From the NCBI GenBank assembly GCA_963719495.1, contig CAVRCI010000013.1, positions 640,001-704,000 on the forward strand: 64,000 bases of DNA, given 5' to 3'. A model generated the notes under the pieces. The model searched no databases. It was given only the letters and a program-made list of their open reading frames with translations, and was not told the DNA's origin. This DNA comes from an uncultured Verrucomicrobiae bacterium. Lineage in GTDB: Bacteria; Verrucomicrobiota; Verrucomicrobiia; Chthoniobacterales; JAATET01. Positions within the stretch are counted from its first letter, which is position 1; every line of letters starts with the position of its first letter. This document shows positions 31,732 through 42,963 of the stretch, piece by piece. The translations under genes were made by a program, and so were the position numbers.

Positions 31732-33066
31732 ATGGACCCTTATGCAGTACTCTCGGTCGCAGCTACCATTCAGGCCTTGGCCGCAGCGATCATTTTCGGA
31801 AAGACAAAAACGATCTTGAACCCGCTTTTCGCAGTTCCAGGCGGTTTTGCCCTGATCACGACTTTGGTAACCTTGAATCCGCTGCTTCCCGACCCTGTGG
31901 GAGTAGTTCGACTTGGAACTGGCGCGTTCCTAGTATCCGAACAAACGGCGTTTTATCTTCTCATCTTCAGCGTGGCGGTATTTGTAATCTCGTTGACGAT
32001 TAAAAGTGGTAGGCTCGGGACCTTCAATTACCAAGTTGACCTGAAATTTGAATCGGTGGTCATTGTCGTGATCGTCCTTACTTGCCTCATCGAACTGATG
32101 GTTGGCGTCATTCGGGGAGGAGGAATCCCTTTGCTGGTCATGTCACGGTCAGGCGCTGGGGGTTATGGTGAATATCGAATTGGATTTCTAACGGTGGTAA
32201 CGCAAGGCTCTGCGAAATTCTTGTTTCTGTTTCTCGTCATGAAGTACCTGACGGCAAGGTTGTCTCTGCGAGGCTTTTTGCAAAAGCACAGGTTCCTGAT
32301 CTTGGCGGTTGCTGCCTGTCTCCTAATGAACGCTTTGGGTGGCCTCCGTAATCTTGTCCTAGTCCCGAGCGTTCTGGTGCTTTATGTGCTCATCGAACGG
32401 ATTAAGGTAACTTGGCTGAGTAAAGCACTTTTGGTCGGGGTATCTACGTCGGTCGGTTTGGTAATATTTGTTATAGTCGGAAATTTCAGGGATGCTTCTG
32501 GAAAATTTTTGGGGGATATTCTCAGGGCGTCATCGGGAATTCCGGCGATAGATTCCCTTCTTTCCTGGATCTATTTATACGCGGTGCCCAATGTGCTTAA
32601 CCTGAATAGCATCTTGGATCATACAAATATCACTCAGAATGGAGCCTACCTCCTCACGTTGGTTGTCCCTGATCAGTTCCTCTTACTGGCGGGCATAGAA
32701 CCCGGGAATTCAGCGATCTACTTCTTGAGGGGGCAACTGCTTCTACCCTACACGGCATCGACGTTTGTAACGGCCTTAGGTGATTTGTATGCTGATCTGG
32801 GATGGACGGGTTCACTTGTCGTCGGAGCGTTGTTTTTTCTCGTCCCGGTCGCATTTTACAATTTACGCCACTTCAGGCCTATATTTCTATTTCTTTTCTT
32901 GAATTCGTTTAAAGGCCTATATTTCTTTGCACTAAAGTTTTCGTTTCTGACGCCATACGAGTTCCTCCCAGTCGTATTGTTTCTGTTGTTGGTCAGAATA
33001 AGACGCCGCCCGCCGATCGCCCGCATGGCGGAGTCACGAAAGCCGTCTCGTGGAGCGCTTACTTGA
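31732..33066 (+). CDS. Wzy-like polysaccharide polymerase
   Basis: Multi-TM, T..GDLYADLG motif. Confidence 0.75.
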   Translation: MDPYAVLSVAATIQALAAAIIFGKTKTILNPLFAVPGGFALITTLVTLNPLLPDPVGVVRLGTGAFLVSEQTAFYLLIFSVAVFVISLTIKSGRLGTFNYQVDLKFESVVIVVIVLTCLIELMVGVIRGGGIPLLVMSRSGAGGYGEYRIGFLTVVTQGSAKFLFLFLVMKYLTARLSLRGFLQKHRFLILAVAACLLMNALGGLRNLVLVPSVLVLYVLIERIKVTWLSKALLVGVSTSVGLVIFVIVGNFRDASGKFLGDILRASSGIPAIDSLLSWIYLYAVPNVLNLNSILDHTNITQNGAYLLTLVVPDQFLLLAGIEPGNSAIYFLRGQLLLPYTASTFVTALGDLYADLGWTGSLVVGALFFLVPVAFYNLRHFRPIFLFLFLNSFKGLYFFALKFSFLTPYEFLPVVLFLLLVRIRRRPPIARMAESRKPSRGALT

Positions 33067-34232
33067 AAATTCTTGCAGTAAATTCTCTCACCGTTACAGC
33101 GGATGCAGAAGGTGGTGCGGAACGATCCGTCCAGTTAACGTGTGAAGCGTTGCGCAAGCGCGGAGTCCGCGCCTACATAATTGGCTTTTACAAGGAAAGG
33201 CGCGTCACGATTCGATGCGTAAATGGAGTCCCTGTGGTTCGGGTTCCCTTGGTAAATATATATTGGCCGTTTGGGAGTAAACAACGAGGTCAATTAAAGA
33301 GGACGATTTTCAACATTTTGGATTTGTGTAATCCGATCAGCATTGTCTTCGCTGCTCTTGCGATCAGACGAATCAAGCCGGACGTGATCTGGACGAACAT
33401 GATCAAAGGGTGGTCCCCAACGGTCTGGTTGCTGGCTCTTCTAATGAGAGTGCCGGTTGTGGCAACGGTTCGAGAATTTGGTCTCATTTATACCGGATCA
33501 TCGGTCCTCTCAAATCCGGAGGCTCCGAAAAAGCAGCCATTTGTCTGGCGTTTCAACCGATCAATGTCGGGACTGCCAGCGTCTGCGGTTGCTATCAGCG
33601 ATGCAATGGCGGAAATTTACAGGAGCCACGGTTACTTTCGACGACATATCTCCGTAGTCGGGAACCCTGTGGATGGCCCATTTGTGGGGACGGCCAAGAG
33701 CCGGAAGTCCGTCGACGTTGTTCATGTCGGTTGGCTGGGGAGATTTAGCGCGGAAAAGGGTTTGCAAGTTTTTTTGTCGGCCGTGCGTGAGGCGCAGACG
33801 GAGAAACGTTTGCAGTTTCACGTTGCGGGAGATGGAGACGATGGCTTGCTAAGTGCGGTGGAGGAAATGTCCGATTCCGGGGAGTTAAATTATGCGGGTT
33901 TCGTTGACAGTACGGAGTTTTTAAGGAGAATGGACGTGTTGGTCGTAAGCTCCCTCTGGCCGGAACCGTTTGGACGCGTAGTGGTTGAAGCATTCCGATG
34001 CGGGTGCTTTGTGGTTAGCAGCGACAGGGGCGCATTGCCGCAAATCAATGCCAATCCCAAGTGCGGCATGGTGTATGACGGATCTGTCGGAGGGTTGACA
34101 AAGAGCCTTGAAGCGTTGCTCCCGTGGGAGCCAAAAGACCCTCAGGATTTTGCAAATCAAATATCGGCTTATATTCCGGATGCGATTGCGGCCCAATATG
34201 AGGCAATCTTTAATGAAGTGCTATGCCGGTAA
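33063..34232 (+). CDS. Glycosyltransferase family 4
   Basis: GGAERS, GRFSAEKG, EPFGRVVVEA. Confidence 0.9.
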   Translation: MKILAVNSLTVTADAEGGAERSVQLTCEALRKRGVRAYIIGFYKERRVTIRCVNGVPVVRVPLVNIYWPFGSKQRGQLKRTIFNILDLCNPISIVFAALAIRRIKPDVIWTNMIKGWSPTVWLLALLMRVPVVATVREFGLIYTGSSVLSNPEAPKKQPFVWRFNRSMSGLPASAVAISDAMAEIYRSHGYFRRHISVVGNPVDGPFVGTAKSRKSVDVVHVGWLGRFSAEKGLQVFLSAVREAQTEKRLQFHVAGDGDDGLLSAVEEMSDSGELNYAGFVDSTEFLRRMDVLVVSSLWPEPFGRVVVEAFRCGCFVVSSDRGALPQINANPKCGMVYDGSVGGLTKSLEALLPWEPKDPQDFANQISAYIPDAIAAQYEAIFNEVLCR

Positions 34233-34399
34233 CGCCAGGCTCGATTGATTCTTTGGTGTCCGCGCTCACTTCTGTAACGGCAATGCCAAACCATAAAGAA
34301 ATCCAGCGTCGGGCATTTGATACGGCAACCAGTAAGTTCGGTCGAGAGCGCTTTATCTCCGAATTCAAGGATATCGTAGAGGGGCTTCTCAAAGCATGA
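34223..34399 (+). pseudogene. Internally deleted GT4 remnant (C-terminal helix only)
   Basis: MPVTPGSIDSLVSAL...FGRERFISEFKDIVEGLLKA*, coupled to both neighbours. Confidence 0.55.
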
Positions 34400-35571
34400 A
34401 GTTGATGACCATTTTGATAAGCGGGTTTGCTTATCCGTTTGTGGAGGGTTCGCAAATCCAGGCTGGAGAATGGATGAGAATACTGAACCGGGAAGGCTAC
34501 GAAATCAATTTCTGCTTTTTGCAAGCTCCGCGCGGCATTGTGGACGAAGCGAGGTTTAGAGGAGAGTTTCCATTTGTAAAGGAGTTCGTGAAGCTTGGTG
34601 AAGGGCAGTTTTACGGCTGGGATATCGTCCGTGTCATGATTGGGAGGAGAGCCTATTTGAGGAAAATTGAAGCATTGAGGCGTGATTCGGCTGATGGGGA
34701 GCTTGCAATTATGTTAATTGTTGGACTGCCTTGGGCGGGGCTTCTTTGGAATCTTCGCGGTGACTCTCGAATAACGTTCTCTCCAATCGATAGCTACGCA
34801 TTCAGGTTCAGCCGGCAAAGAGAGGCTGCTCAGGGAGTCCTGGCAGCAGTGAAAGCGACCTTATCAACTTGGTTTGCCAAGGTTATCGAAAAGAACTCTT
34901 ACAAATACGCGAGTCGGATTTTTGTGGTCGGAAAATTAGATGCGGTCTGCTTGGAGGGCCTTCTTGGCCGCGAGGTAAATACCGTTCCTCTCGTAAAGAG
35001 AAAGGCCTCGATTGGAACTCCCATTACAGGGGAGAGGGCGATCGACATTCTCTTACTGGGTAACCTTGCTTTTGAGCCTTTGTATCACGGAACCGAGGAG
35101 TTTCTTTCGTGCTGTGCGGATAAAATGCTAAAATTGAGAGAAGATACCCGGATTGTTGTTCAGTCTAGGGCCGATAGCTATTTAGAGAAGTTGGAGGGAA
35201 AATTTAAAGGGGTTGAGTTTGTAAGTTACGTGGATGACTTCGATCAGCTTCTGTCAAACGCTAAAATTGTAGTGCTTGCCGATCTTTCAGGGACCGGTTT
35301 AAAGAATCGAATTCTTGATGCTTTCAGGAACGGCTGTTGCGTAGTATCCACAAAATGGGGGACTGAAGGAATGGGGCTGGAGTCGGGGCGCGATGTAATC
35401 GAGGTGGGCCGTCCATCTGAGATGCTCTATCCATTGATGGATCTTCTTGGAAATGACCTTCGCCGTGCGGAATTGGTGGAGAATGCGGGGCGAACAATCG
35501 ACTCAGCATTTTCATTTGAGAGTGTCAGTCAAAAACTTTTGGAGGCGATGAACTTGCCCGGCAATAGTTAG
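34396..35571 (+). CDS. Glycosyltransferase (GT4-like)
   Basis: GTGLKNRILDAF..G..VVST..G.EG. Confidence 0.8.
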   Translation: MKLMTILISGFAYPFVEGSQIQAGEWMRILNREGYEINFCFLQAPRGIVDEARFRGEFPFVKEFVKLGEGQFYGWDIVRVMIGRRAYLRKIEALRRDSADGELAIMLIVGLPWAGLLWNLRGDSRITFSPIDSYAFRFSRQREAAQGVLAAVKATLSTWFAKVIEKNSYKYASRIFVVGKLDAVCLEGLLGREVNTVPLVKRKASIGTPITGERAIDILLLGNLAFEPLYHGTEEFLSCCADKMLKLREDTRIVVQSRADSYLEKLEGKFKGVEFVSYVDDFDQLLSNAKIVVLADLSGTGLKNRILDAFRNGCCVVSTKWGTEGMGLESGRDVIEVGRPSEMLYPLMDLLGNDLRRAELVENAGRTIDSAFSFESVSQKLLEAMNLPGNS

Positions 35572-35601
35572 CATCGTTCTGAAACTTGAGTAGTTTTTTA
35601 A

Positions 35602-35775
35602 ATGGATCAGAGTCGCATTCATAACAAACTGTTTAATTCAGCTGGGATGGAGCGTGGGGCGTCTAGTTTTTTGGAAATTTTATGGTATGGAATAAAGGTG
35701 ATGGTGTTTCTCTCGGTCGTCCCTCGGCCTAAGCTTGCTAAGCGTTAGATCCTGATCCGTTTCGGAGCCATGATT
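35602..35775 (+). pseudogene. WcaF-like acetyltransferase 5' fragment
   Basis: ERGAS.FLEILWY..K..VFLS..P.P...KR*ILIRFGA. Confidence 0.6.
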
Positions 35776-35804
35776 CTAAATAATAAAACTGAATCTAACC
35801 GATT

Positions 35805-36525
35805 ATGGAAAATCTTACATCCCTCCGACTCCGCAAGCTCGCTACAGCACTCGTGAATCCGGTGTGCTGGCGGCCGCTGGCCTGCGGGGTCGCGCCGACA
35901 GTGGATCATCTGCCCGTTCTCCGAAATCTGGATGTGGACCTGATCCTCGACGTCGGGGCGAATCGAGGTCAGTTTTCCCTCGCTAGTCGCATCGCTAAGC
36001 CGGGCTTGCCCATCGTTGCGTTCGAGCCGATTCCCGGCGAGGCAGCGTCTTTCGAAAGGTTCATGATGGGTGTCCATGCGTGCGGTTGAACGAGATCGCG
36101 CTCGGGTCGGAGGATGGCGACGGCAACGCTTCACGTGAGTCGTCGGGCGGACAGCTCGTCGCTCCTGCCGATCGGGCAAGGCACAGCGGGAGATTTTTTC
36201 AGGGACGGAGGAGGCGGGCACGATAGCGGTGCCAGTGCGGAGGCTGGATGGGTATTTGAGTGATCTCGGGGACTTTTCGAAAGGCCTGCTCAAGCTCGAC
36301 GTTCAGGGCTTCGAACTCAAGGTCTTGGAGGGCGCGACGGAGACGCTGACCCGCTGTGCCTACGTCTATGCGGAATGCTCGGCGCGGGAACTTTACGAGG
36401 GACAGGCTCTCTACGGTGAGGTCGCGGGATTTCTCGCCGAGCACGGTTTTCGTGAGATCTCGCGTCATAATGAAATGCTCATCGATGGGGATCTTGTCCA
36501 GGCGGATTTCCTTTTCGGGAGATAG
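35805..36525 (+). pseudogene. FkbM methyltransferase, frameshifted
   Basis: DVGANRGQF and LKLDVQGFE lie in different frames. Confidence 0.85.
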
Positions 36526-36527
36526 GT

Positions 36528-36660
36528 GTGATTTTGCCGCTGCTGGTGGAAGGACTGCAAATTTTCATTCCGACCCGGACAGCTTCGATGCTGGATGACG
36601 GTTGGGGTTGGCTCGGGGCGTTGATCGGGCTGGCAGTCGGACAGCTTTGCTGCCGTGGCT
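36528..36660 (+). pseudogene. VanZ-like 3' fragment
   Basis: VEGLQIFIPTRTAS..D..WG..GA. Confidence 0.65.
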
Positions 36661-36797
36661 GGTGGCGGATGACGAGAGCCAATGACAACAATACGAATAC
36701 GGTTTTGAACAGAAGGTAGCGAAGGTAGCGAAGGGATTCAGGGGGGAGTTTCTAATAACCAATAACCATGAACCAACAATCGTTTGTCGGGCGATAG

Positions 36798-36828
36798 GCG
36801 GAAGAGCTTTTGCTCTTCCGCTTTTTTT
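36798..36828 (+). terminator. Rho-independent terminator (variant copy at 60051-60081)
   Basis: GCGGAAGAGC-TTTT-GCTCTTCCGC followed by T7. Confidence 0.8.
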
Positions 36829-38931
36829 GTGTCTTGATCCGGGGGTGGGGAAGGGAAAATCAGTAGCGGTCGGAAAATGGTGGCTGCCGTTGTCCGTGGC
36901 GCTTGCGCTGACCGTCGGCTTCTTCGTTTCAATCTTCTTCCCGGTCCCGTTCGAGACTCACCCAAGAGCAGGCATCGGCTCGCGCGACGCGTCCCGCGCC
37001 GGAGCTCTCGACGCTCAACGCTCGACCCTCGACACCCCCCCCCTGACCTCCGGTTGGGGGGTCGATTCGATCCAATCAGCGGTCGTGCCGCTGGCTGAAC
37101 TGCGCAAGTTTATCGATCGGTTGGGCGATGGCCGCCTGCGCTATCTCCGCGAGCGGGGTCATCCAGCGGTCGATGATGCGGAGGCTTGGACTAAGGGAGT
37201 TTTTGCCTCGTATCGAAAGCTGCAGGCTGCCGGATACGACGTGGTCGGCTGGGCGGGCACACCGGGGCTGACGGCGAGTCATCCCTGGAACTCGCTGCCG
37301 GAGGATTTGCTGGCGGTCTACCGATCGGCGGAGGAATTGGGGCTGAGGACGGCAGATCTGGTGCGGGTCTGGGAGATGCCGAACGAACCGGATATCCTCT
37401 ACTGGGATCTGCCGGATCAACTCGTCGCCTATCAGAAGGCGCTTTATCTGGGTCTCAAGGATGGGGGGAGCGGTGCGGAGGGGCAGGATCAACGTGCAGA
37501 GATCGGAATTGAGCCGGGAGTGCTGATGGGGGCGCTGGGCTTATTTCCGGGGCCCTGGCTCGAGCGGGCGGCCGAGAATGGACTCTTCGACTACACGGAT
37601 GGCCTGAACCTTCATTTTTACGGTCATGCCCGGGACCTGCCGGGCGTCATCGAGTCCCAACGCGAGGTGGCGGCGAGGTGGGTCGACGACCGAAAACTGC
37701 CGGTGTGGCTGACCGAGGTCGGACTGAACGCCCAGCCGTACGGCGAAGTGGAGGACGCGCACGGTCGCGAGTTGCAGCGGGCCTTCACGCTGGAGACGGC
37801 GAAGACGGCGATCTCGGAGGGGGTGGCGGTGTTCATGCCCTTCGTTTTCGTGTAGCCGAACGACAGTTGGTGGGCGTTGGTGCGCGCGTACGGAGAGCCG
37901 TATCCAGCGTGGACGGAGTGACGCCAGGCTGACGCGCGAAGCGGAACTCCAGCGCCAACCGGCGCTGGCTCCTCCCGAGTCGGTGAGTCGGGTGGTTCTG
38001 CAGTGGCGGCCGGATTTCAAAACCTGCATTCCGCAGAAGGTGAGTGCCACCTACTGGTTTCGGGAAAATGGTGGGGTGGCTGAGGCGATGGAGGGGGATC
38101 TGGTGGTCTACAACCTGGCCGGGCACACCGTGGTGGGAGAGGTCGTGCAATGGCGGGGGACGGATTCCGGTGAGCGGTGGAGGCGAACGGTGGAAGTGCC
38201 GCCATTCTCTGCGGTGAGTTTGCCGGTCGAATTCGCTGGCGCGGATCAGGGGTATTCGCGGGAGAAGGTGCGATGGGGATTCGTGCCCCGGGGGGGGGAG
38301 CATCCCGAGTCGTGGTGCGTCATCGGGATCGAGACCCAGCCGAGCGCCGATCGATTGCCGAATGCGGTCGGCGTGCGCGGGACTCGTCCGGTCGGAGGAC
38401 TTCGAAGTGGGCACCAGCGGGGACTTCGAATGGATCTGGGCTCCGGAGCCGTTTGACGTCAGTTCCAGCGGAGGGCCATGGATTGGGATCAATGGTGTCC
38501 AAGTACGAACGAACTCAGAGGCGACAGCGGGGGATTTGGCGGCAGGGGCTGGATTCTCCGTTGACGAGGCGCAGACCAGTCCGACCCGGCCGACGATGGC
38601 GGTCACGAAAGTCGAGGGGCTGCCGACGGTGGAAAACGGATTCGTGCGATTGCGCTTTCCGCGCGGATTCCGGGGTTGGTTGCGGGTTGATCTCATCGAT
38701 GAGGTGGGACAACGCTTCACGGTGGCGCAGGGTCTTGGGCGCAATCCGCACCTGGAAAACGCCGACACCATCTGGCTCGGATACAAAGATTTCCACATCT
38801 ATTCCTTTGGACGGATCACGGGGGACCCGGTCTTCCGACCAGAGGCGATTCGCGAAATCCAACTCCGATTCTACGGGCAGCCCGGGGATGATCCCGTGCG
38901 GGTGAAGTTGGACGTGGTGAGTGACGAGTAG
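36827..38931 (+). pseudogene. Clan GH-A-like glycoside hydrolase, disrupted (TAG at 37853 plus frameshifts)
   Basis: WEMPNEPD, NLHFY, VWLTEVG; downstream pieces at 37983 and 38362. Confidence 0.6.
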
Positions 38932-39499
38932 TTGGTGGCTGGTGGCGAGCGGCGGGGTACCAGTTTCATATCGTCTTCTGTTACTAATCAGCTTCTTCGT
39001 TCCCTTCGTTCTCTTCTATAAAAATCGCATTGGTCTTGTCGCGGCTTCTTCGGATTTTGGCTGGTCTCCTGGCGGTCGGGGGTTTTCTCGCGTGCGGGGC
39101 ATTGCCGATGCTGATGGCTGAGTTTCGGTTCATCAGTAAATCCGTCGACGGGGTCGGTCATTCATATTGACACATTTGGAGCTATCGGCATCGGATGACT
39201 GGTGAATGATCATTGGTAGCGGGGTGCCGGTTTCGTCTCGTCTTTTGTGACTATTCAGCTTCTTCGTTTCCTTCGTTCTCTTCTGTAAAATTGCATTGGT
39301 CTTGTCGCGGGTGCTTCGGGTTTTGGTCGGCCTTCTGGCGGTCGGGGGTTTTCTCGCGTGCGGGGCATTGCCGATGCTGATGGCTGAGTTTCGGTTCATC
39401 AGTAAATCCGTAACGCCAAAGCTCTCGACGCTCGTCCCTCGTCACCACACCGAAGCAGCTCCGTCTTGACGAACAAGTAGGAAATCCTACTGTAGTGGT

Positions 39500-39612
39500 A
39501 TGAATGCCGTCCTTTCTGAAAAAGGTCAGATCACCATCCCCAAGAAACTCCGCGACGACCTCGGGTTGCTTCCCGGATCGGTCCTGGACTTTCGGGAAGA
39601 GGCTGGCTCCGT
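39500..39612 (+). pseudogene. AbrB/MazE antitoxin, 3'-truncated
   Basis: MNAVLSEKGQITIPKKLRDDLGLLPGSVLDFREE. Confidence 0.8.
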
Positions 39613-39942
39613 CGAGGGGTCGGTCATTCATATTGACACATTTTCAGCCTTCGGCATCGGATGACTGGTGAATGATCATTGGTGGTTGGGTAGAGTTCTG
39701 GACAGAAGGGAAAAAAGAATGCGGCGTTTTTGAGTTTTCGGTGCGCGGGCCTTCCCTGCCCTCCGAAATCGGAATTGCCGCCGCGATCCTCTCCGAAGTC
39801 CAGCGTCGTAATCTCGCTACCAGCCGCCTACCACCTCAAACGCCCGGCTTGGCTCATTGTTGGCTCAGCGCGTGCACGACAAGGCATCCGAAGGAAAGGT
39901 GTGCTTGAATTGCAGCAGAAAAAGCTTCTCAACCTACCTGAG

Positions 39943-40731
39943 ATGCGAGTACCCGTGATCTGTGGTTTGGGAGAAACGCCCCGGAGAAAATCCTTTCGAG
40001 GATCATCACAAGACTTACCGGAAGGCAAAAGAGCTGGTCAGCGGGATGTCAGAAGCAGATCTGGACACGGATTGGATCCAGAACAAGCGATCGAACGGTG
40101 GCTCGCGTTCGCCTCGCAAGCCAGCCACGTTCGTGTCACCGGGCAGCGGCAATTTGTTTCGGATCTAGAGTTGATCGAGACCATGGACGCCGAGGCGGCG
40201 AGCCTTTACGCGTTCGTTCGGAGTGACGATTCGACATTTGTTTGCGACGTCCGCGAAGTTGTTCGGCGTGACCTGCCGATTCGCGAGGGCAATGAGCATC
40301 GAGTGTATCGCGCCAACCTCCGAGGAGAAGCACGCGTGATTAAAATCACCCATCCTGGCAAATATGGTCGACGAGAACACACTCCGTTCCAGTATCTCCT
40401 TCGATGGAAGCTGCTCAACCGATTTGCACCGATCATCGATGCCCGGTTGGAGGATTGCTTCATGACCGAGGAGGGCGACTTGTCAATTATCACGAGCATG
40501 CTGTATTTTGCTGGAAAGCACCCGGACGCACTGGTTGCCGATCAATTTGTCAAATCCTTGGGATTTCAACCCCTTCGCGATCCCAGCTCGACTCTCGACT
40601 ACGTGGACTGGAATCGAGGGTTGATCATTCGGGATTGCCATGCTGGTAATTGGATCGTCGCTGGTGACGCGCTGATTCCGATTGATATCATTCCCGAGCA
40701 AATCGGCTCATTGGATGCGGAGGATCACTGA
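39943..40731 (+). CDS. Polyvalent-protein-type kinase domain protein (start uncertain)
   Basis: GNEHRVY, VIKIT, TPFQYLLRW.L.N, DCHAGN, PID. Confidence 0.6.
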   Translation: MRVPVICGLGETPRRKSFRGSSQDLPEGKRAGQRDVRSRSGHGLDPEQAIERWLAFASQASHVRVTGQRQFVSDLELIETMDAEAASLYAFVRSDDSTFVCDVREVVRRDLPIREGNEHRVYRANLRGEARVIKITHPGKYGRREHTPFQYLLRWKLLNRFAPIIDARLEDCFMTEEGDLSIITSMLYFAGKHPDALVADQFVKSLGFQPLRDPSSTLDYVDWNRGLIIRDCHAGNWIVAGDALIPIDIIPEQIGSLDAEDH

Positions 40732-40827
40732 AGCACCGCTGCAATGATAGTCTGAATTCGGACCAGGTGAAGAGCTGACGGTTTCCCACGACAATTCGGG
40801 GAAGCGGCTCGAGGACGCGATCCGCGA

Positions 40828-40945
40828 TTGGTGGCAGGACTGCAAACCTACATCCCGCCCCGGACGGCTTCGATGCTGGACGTCGGTTGGGGGATCCTGG
40901 GAGCCTTCGGAGGATTCGCGATTGGTTTTACCCTTCTTTCGGTGA
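40828..40945 (+). pseudogene. VanZ-like 3' fragment
   Basis: GLQTYIPPRTASMLDVGWGILGA. Confidence 0.6.
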
Positions 40946-41852
40946 GATTGACCGCGAATCGACGCGAATTGACGCTAAGGTCAGGAGGCAGCGGCGACAC
41001 GCTCGGTCAAGCGGGAGTCAATGGCGGGTGACGGGGAGTTTCCAATAACCAATAGCTATCAACCAATTATCACCTCCGCCAGAGCGCGTCGGGTCGGGGT
41101 CGGGCGGCATGAAAGGCCGGGTCGGGGTCGGTCATTCATATTGACACATTTGGAGCTGTCGGCATCGGAGGACCGGTGGATGGTCACTGGTGGCGGGGGC
41201 AGCGGAACTTCAGTAATTCGGTAGTTCAGAGTTCGGAGGTCAGTGGGTCTTGAGCACAGCGCCGGTGACAGGGCGGTCGCGGGAGCGACCGAGTCAACGA
41301 AGGAAACGAAGGGTGAGAGTTCGGTTTCTGAGAGATCCGGGAATGCGGCCTGATGCCTAATCGAGCGCAGGGGTGCCAGTTTCGTCTCGGTTTCTGTGAC
41401 GATTCAGCTTCTTCGCTTCCTTCGCTCCCTCCTGTTAAAGATCGCATTGATTTTGTTGCGGGTTTGCCAAGGCGTGATGGGTCTGGTCGCGCTCAGTTTT
41501 CTGAGTGCCAGTTTTAAATTTTTCCCTGGCTGCCGACTTGGCTCACCGCTTGGGCAGCTTCGGGACTGATGAAGTTGCCCGCGAAACACGCGAATCGACG
41601 CGGATGCGTGACTCGTGAAAACGCGATCAATAAAACCGATGGGGTCAAATACGTGCAGAAATCCGAAATCAGCAGCCGGGTTGAGACTCAGCGGACTGAG
41701 TCGGTCGGCCCGGCACTGGATTCGGTTGGTCGGTTGCCGGGAATGAGGATCGTTACGGGCGGCGCGAAGTTTGCTCAGATAAACTGCGTGAGTCTGGACG
41801 ACTCCCGATCCTAGTATGCGGCCCCGATCTCACGACCGGGGCCATTTTTATT

Positions 41853-42629
41853 TTGCGAAACAATCATTTGACCATTCTCGGGATCCGCTTCGACGTGGGC
41901 GGATCGGACCTCGTGGGATCGTTGCGCGCGGGAGGACTCGTCCAAGTGCCCTCGGGCCCTGGGCTGGCCGACGATTTATCGAACCTTTCCGCCTACCGGG
42001 ACGCGTTGCTGGGCGCGGACTTCGTGATCCCGGACAGCGGGTTGATGGTCCTCGCCTGGAATCGGTTCCTGCGTCGACCGGACCAGCCGAGACTGGAGCG
42101 TTACTCGGGGCTGAAACTCCTTCGCGATCTCCTGCCGGAGGCCGACGTGAAGCGGGCGGGGGCGTCGTTCTGGGTGATGCCGACGAAGGCGGAACAGGAG
42201 CACAATCTGGCTTGGCTGCGAGGACGGAGTCACGCGCTAACCGATGACGATTGCTACCTGGCTCCTTATTACCGCGACCGTCTGGGACCGGACGGCGGGG
42301 TGACGGATGCGGAGTTGCTGGCGATGATCGAGCGTCGGAGGCCGGCCTACGTCTTCGTGAATGTCGGGAGCGGGGTGCAGGAACAGCTGGGCTGGTATCT
42401 GCGGAAGCACCTGTCCTACAAGCCGGCGATCCTTTGCACGGGCGCGGCCATCGCGTTTCTCACCGGCGGTCAGGCCCCGATCCCGCCGTGGGCGGACCGG
42501 TTCTACCTCGGGTGGTTGCTGCGGGTGATGCGGAATCCGGCTCGCTTCGGGTCGCGGTATCTGAGCGCGTTCAAGCTAGTGCCGTTGATGCTGAAGTATC
42601 GGGAGCGGCTGCCGCCGCTGAGGGGCTGA
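41853..42629 (+). CDS. WecB/TagA/CpsF glycosyltransferase (only intact copy)
   Basis: IPDSG, NVGSGVQE, GAAIAF, WLLR..RNP.R...RY. Confidence 0.88.
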   Translation: MRNNHLTILGIRFDVGGSDLVGSLRAGGLVQVPSGPGLADDLSNLSAYRDALLGADFVIPDSGLMVLAWNRFLRRPDQPRLERYSGLKLLRDLLPEADVKRAGASFWVMPTKAEQEHNLAWLRGRSHALTDDDCYLAPYYRDRLGPDGGVTDAELLAMIERRRPAYVFVNVGSGVQEQLGWYLRKHLSYKPAILCTGAAIAFLTGGQAPIPPWADRFYLGWLLRVMRNPARFGSRYLSAFKLVPLMLKYRERLPPLRG

Positions 42630-42963
42630 GGGCCGGAAATACCAATGCGGGACTCGCGCAGAGGCGCAGAGGCGCGGAGAATGATGTAATTGCGGATGCG
42701 GAAGAACTGCGGGAATGTGAATACGGTTTTTGAACATACGATCGCAAAGTTCGCGAAGAGATGCAGCGGGATTGGCCGCAAAACGTCTTAAAAAGGGGTG
42801 ATGAGGAATACCAATACAGGGATTCGCGCGGAGGCGCAGAGACGCAGAGTTGCGAGTGGCGAGTGGCGAGTGGCGAGTGGCTGGGGTTGTTTCTGTCGAT
42901 TTGGCGGAGTCGAATAGTGGTTTGTGGCTGGTGGCGAGCAGACTGTCGTGAGAGAGTTTTGGA

